This document shows positions 1-9,045 of a DNA stretch of 64,000 nt, one piece after another. Source of the stretch: Alphaproteobacteria bacterium (GTDB lineage Bacteria; Pseudomonadota; Alphaproteobacteria; Rhizobiales; TMED25); the NCBI GenBank assembly GCA_045565315.1, contig JBJLFO010000001.1, forward strand, positions 593,542 through 657,541, read 5' to 3'. The stretch's first letter is position 1, and every line of letters begins with the position of its first letter. The position numbers and the translations under genes were made by a program. Under the pieces are notes generated by a model, which was not told the DNA's origin, did not search any database, and saw nothing but the letters and a program-made list of their open reading frames with translations.

Positions 1-1
1 T

Positions 2-1258
2 GACGATATAGAAAAGAATAAGGAAGAAATAGCTAAAATAATTGCTAAAGAAACTGGTAACGCAATTAAAACTCAAGCAAGACCAGAGATGAATCTTGTG
101 GTTGATATCTTTAGATATTTTGGCGGTCTATCATCAGAATTAAAAGGAGAAACTATTCCACTAGGAGAACATGTTCTAAGCTATACAAGGCGTGAGCCTA
201 TCGGTGTCGTTGGTGCAATAATACCATGGAATGCCCCTGTCATGCTCGGTGCGTGTAAGATCGCCCCGGCTCTATGTAGTGGAAATACTTTAGTAATGAA
301 AGCGGCAGAAGACGCTCCTTTGGCTATACTCAAGGTCGCTGAAATATGTCAAAAATACATACCACCCGGAGTTTTAAATTTAATTACTGGAACAGGAAGT
401 GAGTGCGGTGAACCACTTGCTTATCATCCTCTAATTAACAAGTTATCTTTCACAGGCTCAACAGCTGTAGGAAAAATTATAATGAAGGCAGCTGCAGAAA
501 GAATCCTTCCAGTTTCTCTCGAACTTGGGGGGAAAAGTCCTTCAATTGTATATCCCGATGTTAATGAAGAATGGACGGTTGATGGAATTATTGCAGCAAT
601 GAGATTTACACGACAAAGCCAATCATGTACTGCTGGATCTCGATTATTTCTACATCGGAAAATATATGATAACTTTATTGGAAGTCTTGTAGAAAAACTT
701 GGTAATCTGGTCATTGGTGATCCACTTGATGAAGGTACAGATATGGGAACAATTATTAATAATAAACAATATACAAAAGTATGTGATTACATAAAAGATG
801 GCTTAGAAAATAAGAATACTGAAGTCATTTGCGGAGGGTTACCTCCAAAATCTGGCCCTCTAAGTGAAGGTTACTATACTATACCGACTATTTTTAGAAA
901 TACTTCAAATGAATGGCGATTAGCAAAAGAAGAAATTTTTGGACCTGTTCTTGTAGCAATACCTTGGGATAATGAGGAAGAAGTTATAAAAATGGCAAAT
1001 GATAGCCATTATGGCTTAGCGGCTTATGTCTGGACTCGGGATATTACGCGAGGAATTAGGGCTGCTCACTCCATAGAATCAGGTTGGGTGCAGGTAAACC
1101 AAGGTCTAGGACAGGCAACTGGACACTCTTATGGAGGTTTTAAGCAATCTGGCTTGGGAAGAGAATTCTCTCTTGAAGGAATGCTTGATAGTTTTACTCA
1201 AAGAAAAAATATTACTATTAATCTAAATACTCCTTCTAAAGATCTCGAGGACCTTTAA
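2..1258 (+). CDS. aldehyde dehydrogenase family protein (5' end outside window)
   Basis: The frame is open from nt 2 (..ETGNAIKTQARPE precedes the first Met at 89). ALDH signatures are ELGGKSP, the catalytic-Cys segment QSCTAGSR, and EEIFGPV. Confidence 0.9.
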   Translation, partial: DDIEKNKEEIAKIIAKETGNAIKTQARPEMNLVVDIFRYFGGLSSELKGETIPLGEHVLSYTRREPIGVVGAIIPWNAPVMLGACKIAPALCSGNTLVMKAAEDAPLAILKVAEICQKYIPPGVLNLITGTGSECGEPLAYHPLINKLSFTGSTAVGKIIMKAAAERILPVSLELGGKSPSIVYPDVNEEWTVDGIIAAMRFTRQSQSCTAGSRLFLHRKIYDNFIGSLVEKLGNLVIGDPLDEGTDMGTIINNKQYTKVCDYIKDGLENKNTEVICGGLPPKSGPLSEGYYTIPTIFRNTSNEWRLAKEEIFGPVLVAIPWDNEEEVIKMANDSHYGLAAYVWTRDITRGIRAAHSIESGWVQVNQGLGQATGHSYGGFKQSGLGREFSLEGMLDSFTQRKNITINLNTPSKDLEDL

Positions 1259-1260
1259 AT

Positions 1261-2058
1261 ATGCTCACATTATTTCACTATGATAGGACAAGTGCGGCTC
1301 AAAGGGTAAGATTATACTTGGAAGAAAAAAAAATTTCTTGGGAAAGTGTAATCGTTGATACTGCATTGGGTGATATAGACCAGCTTCCAAAAAATTTTTA
1401 TGAGCTAAATCCCAAAGGTCTTGTACCTGTAATAATAGATGATGGTATTGCTGTTCCTGAGTCATTAGTAATCATTGAGTATCTCGAAGATAAATATGGT
1501 GGAGATCCATCTTTACGACCAAAGGACCCCAAGGATATTGCTCAGATGAGATTATGGATAAGAAAAATTGATGAAGGTATTCATGTAGCAAGTAGAACAA
1601 TTGGTGTTTGTCTAGTTAATAGACATATTTTACAAAAAAAAGATCAAACCCAAGTAAAAAAATACTACAAAGAAATGCGTGACAAAGTTCGAAAAAAAAA
1701 TGATCAAATTAATATTGAGCTTGGAATTGAATCACCACTATTGGAGGAGGCAATAATAGAATTTAAATCTCTTCTGAAAGATATGAATGACCACCTAAAA
1801 AATAATGAATGGCTTTCTGGTCCAAGCTATTCTCTATCTGATATAGCATTCGTTGTCTATTTGCATAGACTCGAGTCATTTATGATGAGACCACTTTGGA
1901 AAGATTTGAAGCATCTCGATGATTGGTACGACAGAATTTGTGTTAGACCTGCCTATAAAAAGGCAATTTATGATTGGGGGGATATTACTGCCGCCCAAAG
2001 AGAAAAAAATGGTAAGGAAGCATTTCCGAAATTATTAAAATATTGGGATAATGCATAA
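1261..2058 (+). CDS. glutathione S-transferase family protein
   Basis: N-terminal thioredoxin-like GST fold (ELNPKGLVPVIIDDG..ESLVIIEYLEDKYG) followed by a helical C-terminal domain. It starts 3 nt after the ALDH stop. Confidence 0.75.
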   Translation: MLTLFHYDRTSAAQRVRLYLEEKKISWESVIVDTALGDIDQLPKNFYELNPKGLVPVIIDDGIAVPESLVIIEYLEDKYGGDPSLRPKDPKDIAQMRLWIRKIDEGIHVASRTIGVCLVNRHILQKKDQTQVKKYYKEMRDKVRKKNDQINIELGIESPLLEEAIIEFKSLLKDMNDHLKNNEWLSGPSYSLSDIAFVVYLHRLESFMMRPLWKDLKHLDDWYDRICVRPAYKKAIYDWGDITAAQREKNGKEAFPKLLKYWDNA

Positions 2059-3042
2059 CTAAGCTAGTTCATTTGTCAGTTCATTTCCAAGTTGAGAACC
2101 ACTAATATAAGCTGACTCGATTCTACCTTGAATAAACCAATCACCACATAATGCGATATTTTGCTCCTTATCAATAAAAAACTTTTGTCCATTTTGCTTT
2201 TTGGCATTCGCATATCGCCAACCCTGTAAACCAGTATAAGTTGCCTCACTAATATCTTTTTTAATAATTTTCGAAAGCTCTTTACACAGATAACCCTTAA
2301 CCCAATCTCTGTCATGATTAATATATTCACTCGCCCATTTATTAGTAGAATGTGCTAAAATTGTATATTTTTTCCCCCTACTTTGTTTTGATGAGTTACA
2401 TGAAATCCAGCTAATGTCTGTACCTTTTACTAATGCAGCATCAAAATCTAAATTCAAATCCTCATCAAAGGCAAGCATCAAAGAGAAACATGCCGACATC
2501 TCATGTTTTTCTATATCGCTATATATATCTCTTATATTTGGGAATAATTGCACACATTGTACTGGTGGGATTGTAGATATAACCCAATCATATTTTCCTT
2601 GAGAAACACCTTCTTCATTAAAAAGTTCCCAAATATCGTGTTTCTCTATTTTAGCTATTTGCTCAGAAAGCTTAATATTCAAACTTTGTGACATAAATTT
2701 GCCAATTGAACTCATAGATGGTATCCCAATATAATTTGCTGGATCATCTCCCCAAAGCCTGCTGCTTATGACCTTATCTTTTTCAATTTCTACAAAACGT
2801 GCACGCCAAATATCAATAATACCTTCTTCTATCATAGGTTTGATATATTCTTTAAAATCAGGGTCTCTTACTTTAAAGAACTGAGCTCCGTGATCAAAAG
2901 AAAAGTCATCCACGCGCCTGGTAGCGACTCTGCCACCAAAGCCTCTTGATTTTTCAAAAATTGTGACATTGGCAATATGCCCTATTTTATTTGCTAGAGC
3001 TAAGCCAGAGATTCCAGCCCCTATGATAGCAACATTCTTCAT
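2059..3042 (-). CDS. NAD(P)/FAD-dependent oxidoreductase (renalase/amine-oxidase-like)
   Basis: N-terminal dinucleotide-binding motif VAIIGAGISGLALA..FEKSRGFGGR. Its stop codon abuts the convergent GST stop with zero gap. Confidence 0.7.
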   Translation of the reverse strand: MKNVAIIGAGISGLALANKIGHIANVTIFEKSRGFGGRVATRRVDDFSFDHGAQFFKVRDPDFKEYIKPMIEEGIIDIWRARFVEIEKDKVISSRLWGDDPANYIGIPSMSSIGKFMSQSLNIKLSEQIAKIEKHDIWELFNEEGVSQGKYDWVISTIPPVQCVQLFPNIRDIYSDIEKHEMSACFSLMLAFDEDLNLDFDAALVKGTDISWISCNSSKQSRGKKYTILAHSTNKWASEYINHDRDWVKGYLCKELSKIIKKDISEATYTGLQGWRYANAKKQNGQKFFIDKEQNIALCGDWFIQGRIESAYISGSQLGNELTNELA

Positions 3043-3085
3043 CTACTCCCCTTCATAGCGTTAAACCTAGTAACTAATAAATATT

Positions 3086-3517
3086 TTATAGACCTGTTGT
3101 TAATTCTTCGAGCTTTTTCTTACTTTTTCCAAACACCCTTGTTGATTTTATAGTCTCTATATTAGTTGTATCGTCATCTACCACAATAAGAGCAATCATT
3201 CCCATACTTTTATGAGGGGAACACTGATATAAATAAATGCCAGGTTGTGTAAATGTATGGGTATACTCTTTATTTACTTTTGATGGTTTCTTTGGTAAAT
3301 CTGCGGCATCGGGACCTACAACGAATTCTACATTATGGCCTTTTGACGTCGGTAACCAAGTAACCATATCGCCTGATTTGATATAGAGTACATCCTCTGA
3401 ATATACCATCTTTTGACCATCATCTCTTTTGTTTAACATGTCAATATTGAAATTTTCTGCAACTGATACAGTAACGGTCAGAAACAATACGGCCATTGAC
3501 GCTGTGATTATACGCAT
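3086..3517 (-). CDS. pseudoazurin-type blue copper protein
   Basis: Has an N-terminal signal peptide. Type-1 Cu ligand pattern: His in GHNVEF and C-x2-H-x4-M in YQCSPHKSMGM. Confidence 0.8.
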   Translation of the reverse strand: MRIITASMAVLFLTVTVSVAENFNIDMLNKRDDGQKMVYSEDVLYIKSGDMVTWLPTSKGHNVEFVVGPDAADLPKKPSKVNKEYTHTFTQPGIYLYQCSPHKSMGMIALIVVDDDTTNIETIKSTRVFGKSKKKLEELTTGL

Positions 3518-3603
3518 TACACACTCCTTTATTTATTTTAAAATTTAAGTGTATTATGAACGATTCATAACATACGAAAGATTAGTTAATGTAATAAGAA
3601 TTC

Positions 3604-4257
3604 TTATGGTTTTTTAATATTTATAGGTTTTGTTCTATTTGAATAACAATTTGTGCAAATCTCACACTCAATACCAAAGCAAGATCTGGCTTTACAATAT
3701 TCACGACCATAAAAAATAATTTGAAGATGTAACTTGTTCCATGACTCTTCAGGGAATAATTTTTTGAGATCCTTTTCTGTTTGAACTACATTCCTTCCAT
3801 TTGTCAGGCCCCATCGTTGGGCAAGTCGATGAATATGGGTATCGACAGGAAATGCAGGATAGCCATGTCCTTGAGACATAACAACTGATGCAGTTTTATG
3901 ACCCACTCCCGGCAAAACTTCTAGCTCATCGTATGTTCTTGGAACCTGACCCTCATGATCTCTTACTAAAATATCTGATAAATCCTTTATTGCTCTAGAT
4001 TTTTGAGGAGCTAAACCACAAGGACGGATTATATTATATATGGTTTCAAGTTCAATATTTTTCATATCAAATGGGTTGTTTGCGAGCTTAAATAAAGATG
4101 GAGTTACTTGATTAACCCTTATATCTGTGCATTGCGCACTTAAAAGTACGGATACTAAGAGTTCAAATATATTTGTATGGTCAAGAGGAATTGGTGGGCT
4201 TGGATATATCCTATCCAAAACTCTCATTATGATTTTTACTCGCTCAGATTTGATCAT
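3604..4257 (-). CDS. nth: endonuclease III
   Basis: HhH-GPD fold with LPGVGHKTASVVM (catalytic Lys) and VDTHIHR (Asp). C-terminal Cys cluster CKARSCFGIECEICTNC. Confidence 0.9.
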   Translation of the reverse strand: MIKSERVKIIMRVLDRIYPSPPIPLDHTNIFELLVSVLLSAQCTDIRVNQVTPSLFKLANNPFDMKNIELETIYNIIRPCGLAPQKSRAIKDLSDILVRDHEGQVPRTYDELEVLPGVGHKTASVVMSQGHGYPAFPVDTHIHRLAQRWGLTNGRNVVQTEKDLKKLFPEESWNKLHLQIIFYGREYCKARSCFGIECEICTNCYSNRTKPINIKKP

Positions 4258-4327
4258 TTTTTAATATAATTAAGATATTAATTAAGATATTATATCCAGA
4301 TTTATAAACCATTAAAGATATTTTGGA

Positions 4328-4771
4328 ATGTACAAATTAATTGGCATCTTATTTATCACATTAATAAGTCATGAAGTGAGTTTTGCTGATAATATTTCGT
4401 GTACCCCAAATCAAGTTCAGGTTATAGATGCAGATACTATTAAGGTTTGTGATAAAAAAATTAGATTAAATGGTATTTCTGCAGCTGAGCGTGGGCACAG
4501 CTCTTATGTGTATTGTAAGGAATTAGTTAGGGCAATAATTAAGAAATCTACCTCAGTGAATTGTAAATTAACCGGTGAAAAAACATACGATAGATTTGTT
4601 GGTATTTGTCATATCAATATTGGTGACTCAAGTAAAAACCTTCAAGAAATAATTGTTGGAAATCACTGTGCTAGGGACTGCGAGCAATACTCCAATGGTA
4701 GGTACAAAATATATGAAACGATAGAATCAAAAAAGCTCCCATTGCCAAATTATTGCAAAAAGAAAAATTAA
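4328..4771 (+). CDS. secreted thermonuclease (SNase-like) family protein
   Basis: Signal peptide plus an SNase-like core (VIDADTIKV..IRLNGISAAE..YDRFVGIC). The family call was made by eye only. Confidence 0.55.
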   Translation: MYKLIGILFITLISHEVSFADNISCTPNQVQVIDADTIKVCDKKIRLNGISAAERGHSSYVYCKELVRAIIKKSTSVNCKLTGEKTYDRFVGICHINIGDSSKNLQEIIVGNHCARDCEQYSNGRYKIYETIESKKLPLPNYCKKKN

Positions 4772-4835
4772 TTACCTTATATGTGACCTTTAGCATATAG
4801 CATCTAAATAGTAATTATGGTATGTTTGAGAAAAT

Positions 4836-4911
4836 GGGGCCATAGCTCAGCTGGGAGAGCGCTTCGCTGGCAGCGAAGAGGTCGGGGGTTCGAGCCCCCC
4901 TGGCTCCACCA
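4836..4911 (+). tRNA. tRNA-Ala (anticodon GGC)
   Basis: 76-nt cloverleaf. Acceptor GGGGCCA/TGGCTCC with the G3:U70 Ala identity pair; D arm GCTC-AGCTGGGA-GAGC; anticodon stem CTTCG/CGAAG with loop CTGGCAG; T arm GGGGG-TTCGAGC-CCCCC; CCA is encoded. Confidence 0.95.
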
Positions 4912-4920
4912 AGCTTAAAT
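4882..4920. repeat. direct repeat copy 1 (attL-like): 3' 30 nt of tRNA-Ala plus 9 nt downstream
   Basis: TCGGGGGTTCGAGCCCCCCTGGCTCCACCAAGCTTAAAT recurs at 6524-6564. Confidence 0.9.
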
Positions 4921-5023
4921 AGAAATTCATCCTCTTTCCAAATACCTTCATCCTGCTGTAACATTTTTGTAAACTTTTTGATAGTATAATAAAACTTATT
5001 GTTTATGATATTGGAGTTTTGGC

Positions 5024-5869
5024 GTGAAGCTAAGAGAGATTAAAGCTATAGAAACTCCATATGCAGGGGTAGACATCACAGCTTACACAAACGAAAAAAA
5101 GCGGTTGCAAGTGGAGCTGTTAAACATCCAACAAAGAATAATAGAGAATAAATGGCGCCTAGTTGTTATTTTTGAAGGACGAGATGCGGCCGGAAAAGGC
5201 TCCACAATAAAACGCTTTACAGAAAACCTGATACCAAAATATTATAAAACGTTGGAACTTGGCATTCCAACAAAGCATGAATCAAAAAACTGGTTCCAGC
5301 GTTATGAGCGGCATTTCCCAAAACCTGGTGAGATAACTTTTTTTGATCGATCGTGGTATTCCCGTGCTTTGATAGAACCGACGTTGCACTATTGCTCAAA
5401 TCGAAAATATCAAAATTTTATGAATAAAGTTTTGACATGGGAGCACAATCATATTGCTAAAGGATTAATCGTGATAAAATATTACCTCTCTGTAGATCCA
5501 GAAACACAGCTATATCGGCTAGAAAATCGAATAAATGATCCTTTAAGTTACTGGAAAATTTCAGATACCGACATTCGAGCCCGAAAAAAGTGGGACGTTT
5601 TCACAGAATATAAGAAACAAATGTTTAAACATACTTCCTCAAAAATATCTCCGTGGGTTGTCATCAATGGAAATGAAAAATTAGAAGCACGATTAACTTC
5701 CATGCTGTATCTTGTGCGAAAATTCTTAGGTAAAGATTACATCCCTCTAACCGGTGATGATATAAAGGCCAACCATAGTATTAAAGTAAATGGAGTGAAA
5801 TTCCGGGGTTTAACATTGCAACAATTTTCTGTTCTACAAGAACTCAGAGATCTCAAGGAACTATCTTGA
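5024..5869 (+). CDS. ppk2: polyphosphate kinase 2 (single-domain PPK2)
   Basis: GTG start with a GGAG RBS 7 nt upstream. PPK2 Walker A FEGRDAAGKGSTIKRF and lid motif FDRSWYSR. Confidence 0.85.
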   Translation: MKLREIKAIETPYAGVDITAYTNEKKRLQVELLNIQQRIIENKWRLVVIFEGRDAAGKGSTIKRFTENLIPKYYKTLELGIPTKHESKNWFQRYERHFPKPGEITFFDRSWYSRALIEPTLHYCSNRKYQNFMNKVLTWEHNHIAKGLIVIKYYLSVDPETQLYRLENRINDPLSYWKISDTDIRARKKWDVFTEYKKQMFKHTSSKISPWVVINGNEKLEARLTSMLYLVRKFLGKDYIPLTGDDIKANHSIKVNGVKFRGLTLQQFSVLQELRDLKELS

Positions 5870-5959
5870 AATCTTAAAAATAAATGAGAGTATTTTATTT
5901 ACATACTATAACCCAAATATTAATTTGCTATTATTTCCCGAATCATCTAAGGAATAAAT

Positions 5960-6454
5960 ATGGAGTTAGTTAATAATCCAAAAAATTTATCTGATAGTCT
6001 ATGCCTGCCCAAAATTCAGTCTGCCGGCGGGTTAGTTTTGAATGATGAGAACAACCTTTTATTAATCTTTAAAGGTCAAAAGTGGGATATGCCCAAAGGC
6101 AGGATTGAGAGCGGAGAGTCAAAAGAAAAAACGGCACTACGCGAAGTTGCAGAAGAAACCGGGCTGGATTTTCATAAATTATCAATACAGGGAAAATTGG
6201 TATCGACTTGGCATACGACCCGACACGATAATTTGCGATACCTCAAGAAAACGCATTGGTACCTAATGCGTTATGTAGGCGGAGATGATGCAACTACCCC
6301 CCAGATAGAAGAGGGCATCTCAGAATGCAGATGGGTCAACAAAACTGAGCTGTCAAACTATCTTGATGCTACACAGCTTAGGGTACGATATGTTATAGAT
6401 TTTTGGCAAAAAAATTTTTCTGACTTTTTACAATCCAATCAAATCGTTGCTTGA
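5960..6454 (+). CDS. NUDIX hydrolase
   Basis: Canonical Nudix box GX5EX7REUXEEXGU in GRIESGESKEKTALREVAEETGL. AAGGA RBS. Confidence 0.85.
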   Translation: MELVNNPKNLSDSLCLPKIQSAGGLVLNDENNLLLIFKGQKWDMPKGRIESGESKEKTALREVAEETGLDFHKLSIQGKLVSTWHTTRHDNLRYLKKTHWYLMRYVGGDDATTPQIEEGISECRWVNKTELSNYLDATQLRVRYVIDFWQKNFSDFLQSNQIVA

Positions 6455-6523
6455 TGAGCCTTTGATTAATCGCTGACGCACTTTTCCTGATAACCAATCA
6501 GTAGTTGTGACGGGGTAACTCGT

Positions 6524-6564
6524 TCGGGGGTTCGAGCCCCCCCCTGGCTCCACCAAGCTTAAAT
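6524..6564. repeat. direct repeat copy 2 (attR-like): orphan tRNA-Ala 3' fragment
   Basis: TCGGGGGTTCGAGCCCCCCCCTGGCTCCACCAAGCTTAAAT is identical to 4882-4920 except that the C run is 8 instead of 6. The upstream flank has no tRNA 5'-half similarity. Confidence 0.9.
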
Positions 6565-6986
6565 TAGTCTTCTTTTTCTACGACAGGTTCGCCCTGATAT
6601 TCGTATTGTCTGCTTGGTCTAAATCTCACCGCTAAGCAGGCTAATGATAATATTAAAATTGCACCTGCTTCATATAGAAGTGTTGAGGCTTCCATATCTT
6701 TTCCCTGAAGAATCATCAGCCTCGATATTGCAGTCATTGCAATAAATAATGGTAAGGTTATTGGTATTCTATTGCTTGAATAAAATACACCAATCATACC
6801 AAGAACTTCAGTGTAAATAAATAATAAGAGTAGGTCAGCAAGATTTACTTGTCCCGATAGAAATATCTTATATATCTCTTGGACAGTTGCTATAATTGTT
6901 AAAATAGCAATTGCAGCTAATAAAAACTTTTCAACAAACTTGACTAATGTTTTAGGATTAATATCTGGCATTTCTAATATCCTCAT
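6564..6986 (-). CDS. PsiE-like (phosphate-starvation-inducible E family) membrane protein
   Basis: 140 aa with 4 TM helices. The FIYTEVLGMIGVFY..IPITLPLFIAMTAISRLMIL..LLYEAGAILILSL pattern resembles the PsiE family. Its stop codon touches the repeat. Confidence 0.55.
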   Translation of the reverse strand: MRILEMPDINPKTLVKFVEKFLLAAIAILTIIATVQEIYKIFLSGQVNLADLLLLFIYTEVLGMIGVFYSSNRIPITLPLFIAMTAISRLMILQGKDMEASTLLYEAGAILILSLACLAVRFRPSRQYEYQGEPVVEKED

Positions 6987-7065
6987 AAATATTACGAATT
7001 TAATTGTAAAGTAGATTAATTAACAATCTATTTAGTTTCAAATATTTGACAAAGGTTTTACTGAG

Positions 7066-7971
7066 TTAAATTTCTGCTTTCTTCTCTAGTATATACTCAA
7101 GAGTTATATGTGGCAGGGTAAGTGCCGCAAGACCAATGAATACAACTTTATTAATACTATTGCTAACATCATACTCGCTCATCAATAAAATAAATATAAT
7201 AACAAATAAGACCCCTGTAAGAAGAGTAAGAGGTAAACTTTTTTTAAAAAATATTGGGATAGATTTTGTAAGATTCTTGTCTAACTCATACATCAAAGAT
7301 ATTGAATGCCTTATTGAATGCAAGAAACAAAAATAAAGTGTGAATGCAAGAAGTGGTTGTAAAAAGTAATTTAATACCAAAATAGCCATCAGATCTAGGA
7401 CAAGAACAAGTGCATATAAATTTCTTACGGAGCTCACAATAATAAAAGATGAGAGAATACTTAAAAGGACAAAAATAATTACAAGTAGATCACTCGAAAA
7501 GATTATTAATTCTGTATTCATACCTATTGTATCAAAAATTTCTAGGGTTTTTGATTTTTGAAATATTAGTGGAGCTGAAATTACTATGCTTCCTTTCAAG
7601 AAAAATAAAATATCAAAAAATAGACCTTTTGATATACAGAGAAATTCAGAGTCTTCTTTCCCAAAATGGTAAGAAGCAATAATTAAAAATAAAATCAGAA
7701 GTAGGCTTGGGAAAAATAACCAAAAAATTATTACAAATAAACTCAAAAATACGTATCCCAAATAGAAATAGGCCATATTATTAATATTATATAACTGAAG
7801 TAGCTTTTTCCCTTTTAAATTATCTAGAGATCCATGAGATATCCCAATTGTTATGACTAAAAATAAACATGTGTAAAGGAGAGTATTTAACCGAAAGTAA
7901 TCTAGTGATACTAATACTAGACAAAAGATCAAAAATATTATGGAATGATTTAAGTTCAATTTATTTAACAT
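7066..7971 (-). CDS. blh: Brp/Blh family beta-carotene 15,15'-dioxygenase
   Basis: Polytopic membrane protein with the four conserved His motifs HGSLD, YHFGKED, LHSIRH and PHITLE. It begins immediately after the crtY stop. Confidence 0.8.
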   Translation of the reverse strand: MLNKLNLNHSIIFLIFCLVLVSLDYFRLNTLLYTCLFLVITIGISHGSLDNLKGKKLLQLYNINNMAYFYLGYVFLSLFVIIFWLFFPSLLLILFLIIASYHFGKEDSEFLCISKGLFFDILFFLKGSIVISAPLIFQKSKTLEIFDTIGMNTELIIFSSDLLVIIFVLLSILSSFIIVSSVRNLYALVLVLDLMAILVLNYFLQPLLAFTLYFCFLHSIRHSISLMYELDKNLTKSIPIFFKKSLPLTLLTGVLFVIIFILLMSEYDVSNSINKVVFIGLAALTLPHITLEYILEKKAEI

Positions 7972-9045
7972 TTATCTTCCTATTATTGCTCTTATGAAGG
8001 GTTTTTTTGGCATCGCTGAAATAATTGATATGTCACTAATGAAATTACTTTTATTAGATAAAAATTTAATAATTGTCTCAGGATTACATCCAAACATTTC
8101 AAAAAAAATAGCAGGCATCCTCTGTGGATTTTTATCCATTACACTTAAAAAAATCTTATCTAGATATTGATACTTTTTAGGAATTTTAAAAGGTCTTTTT
8201 GTAGTAATCTCATCTAAATTTTTCAAAATATATTCACACTGTTGTTGAATATTTAAGAATGTATAGCCTGTGCTTAACCGTGTCATTCCCCCAGCAGTAC
8301 CAATATTAATAATATTATCCTCTATGTCTGAATTTATTTCGAACATTGGAATTTTACCGTTTTCTTTATATTTAATTTTATAATTTCCAATGTTTAATTT
8401 TTTTTCAATATAGTGACTAATTTGCTGATCATAATTTTGTTCTGAAGGATCTGTCATTTTTGATAACCATGTTGACTCAATGAGAGCATTAGTTTTCGAA
8501 AAAGGTAATATATAAAAAAAATGAGTACTTCCTTTTTGATCACAATCAAAATCCATTAATGTTACTATTTCTTCATTGAAAATATCTTCTTCTACTTCAA
8601 TTTCATAACCCTCGAAGTGCTGCCACATTGCTGTTTCAGTGAGGTTATTTTTATTATATACACTATTAAATATAACCGATCCTACCTTGTTGATACCGCT
8701 CTCGTTTTGTAGAAAAACCACGTTTGGATTCTTCCTTAATTTATCAAGAATTTTTTCGTAAAAAAGACCACTATCAATCATTTGGTATGGGAATCTTTTG
8801 CAGTCAAGCCTCCTCTTAGCGTTTGGAATTTTAACATCAAATTGATACCAATTTTTTGTGACACAATCTTCAAAATTATGATTAAAAATCTTCCAAAATG
8901 ACCAAGATTTATCTCTAAAATATGAATCTCTGGGATCGATAATAGCTAGTGATTTAGTGGCTAAAATACCATTAATCTCAAGATTATATGCAAGTGATAA
9001 ACCTGCACATCCACCACCAATAATAATATAATCAAAATCTGGCAT
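7972..9045 (-). CDS. crtY: lycopene beta-cyclase (CrtY type)
   Basis: N-terminal FAD motif DYIIIGGGCAGLSLA. Its position between crtB and blh fits the call. It overlaps crtB by 14 nt. Confidence 0.75.
   Translation of the reverse strand: MPDFDYIIIGGGCAGLSLAYNLEINGILATKSLAIIDPRDSYFRDKSWSFWKIFNHNFEDCVTKNWYQFDVKIPNAKRRLDCKRFPYQMIDSGLFYEKILDKLRKNPNVVFLQNESGINKVGSVIFNSVYNKNNLTETAMWQHFEGYEIEVEEDIFNEEIVTLMDFDCDQKGSTHFFYILPFSKTNALIESTWLSKMTDPSEQNYDQQISHYIEKKLNIGNYKIKYKENGKIPMFEINSDIEDNIINIGTAGGMTRLSTGYTFLNIQQQCEYILKNLDEITTKRPFKIPKKYQYLDKIFLSVMDKNPQRMPAIFFEMFGCNPETIIKFLSNKSNFISDISIISAMPKKPFIRAIIGR

Larger units (their letters stand above)
4882..6564. mobile_element. putative integrase-less genomic islet at the tRNA-Ala 3' end (cargo: PPK2 + NUDIX)
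   Basis: Bounded by 39/41-nt direct repeats that include the tRNA 3' half, the classic att signature. No mobility gene lies inside. Confidence 0.5.

Noticed and set aside
3554-3570. Short perfect palindromes in intergenic DNA. TTATGAA-CGA-TTCATAA lies upstream of the pseudoazurin gene. ATATACT-A-AGTATAT lies at 44510-44524 upstream of the Nfu gene. TCGAAA-ATA-TTTCGA lies at about 11476-11490 upstream of crtI.
   Set aside because: They are 6-7 bp AT-rich arms of a kind expected by chance in several kb of AT-rich spacer. None matches a known operator consensus I can recall, such as FNR, Fur or IscR.
4921-6523. Compositional deviation of the PPK2-NUDIX islet as support for horizontal acquisition.
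   Set aside because: Hand-sampled lines inside the islet (about 35-48% GC) were not clearly different from sampled lines in the flanking SNase-like gene (about 37%) and psiE-like gene (about 43%). The islet call therefore rests on the tRNA-fragment direct repeat only.
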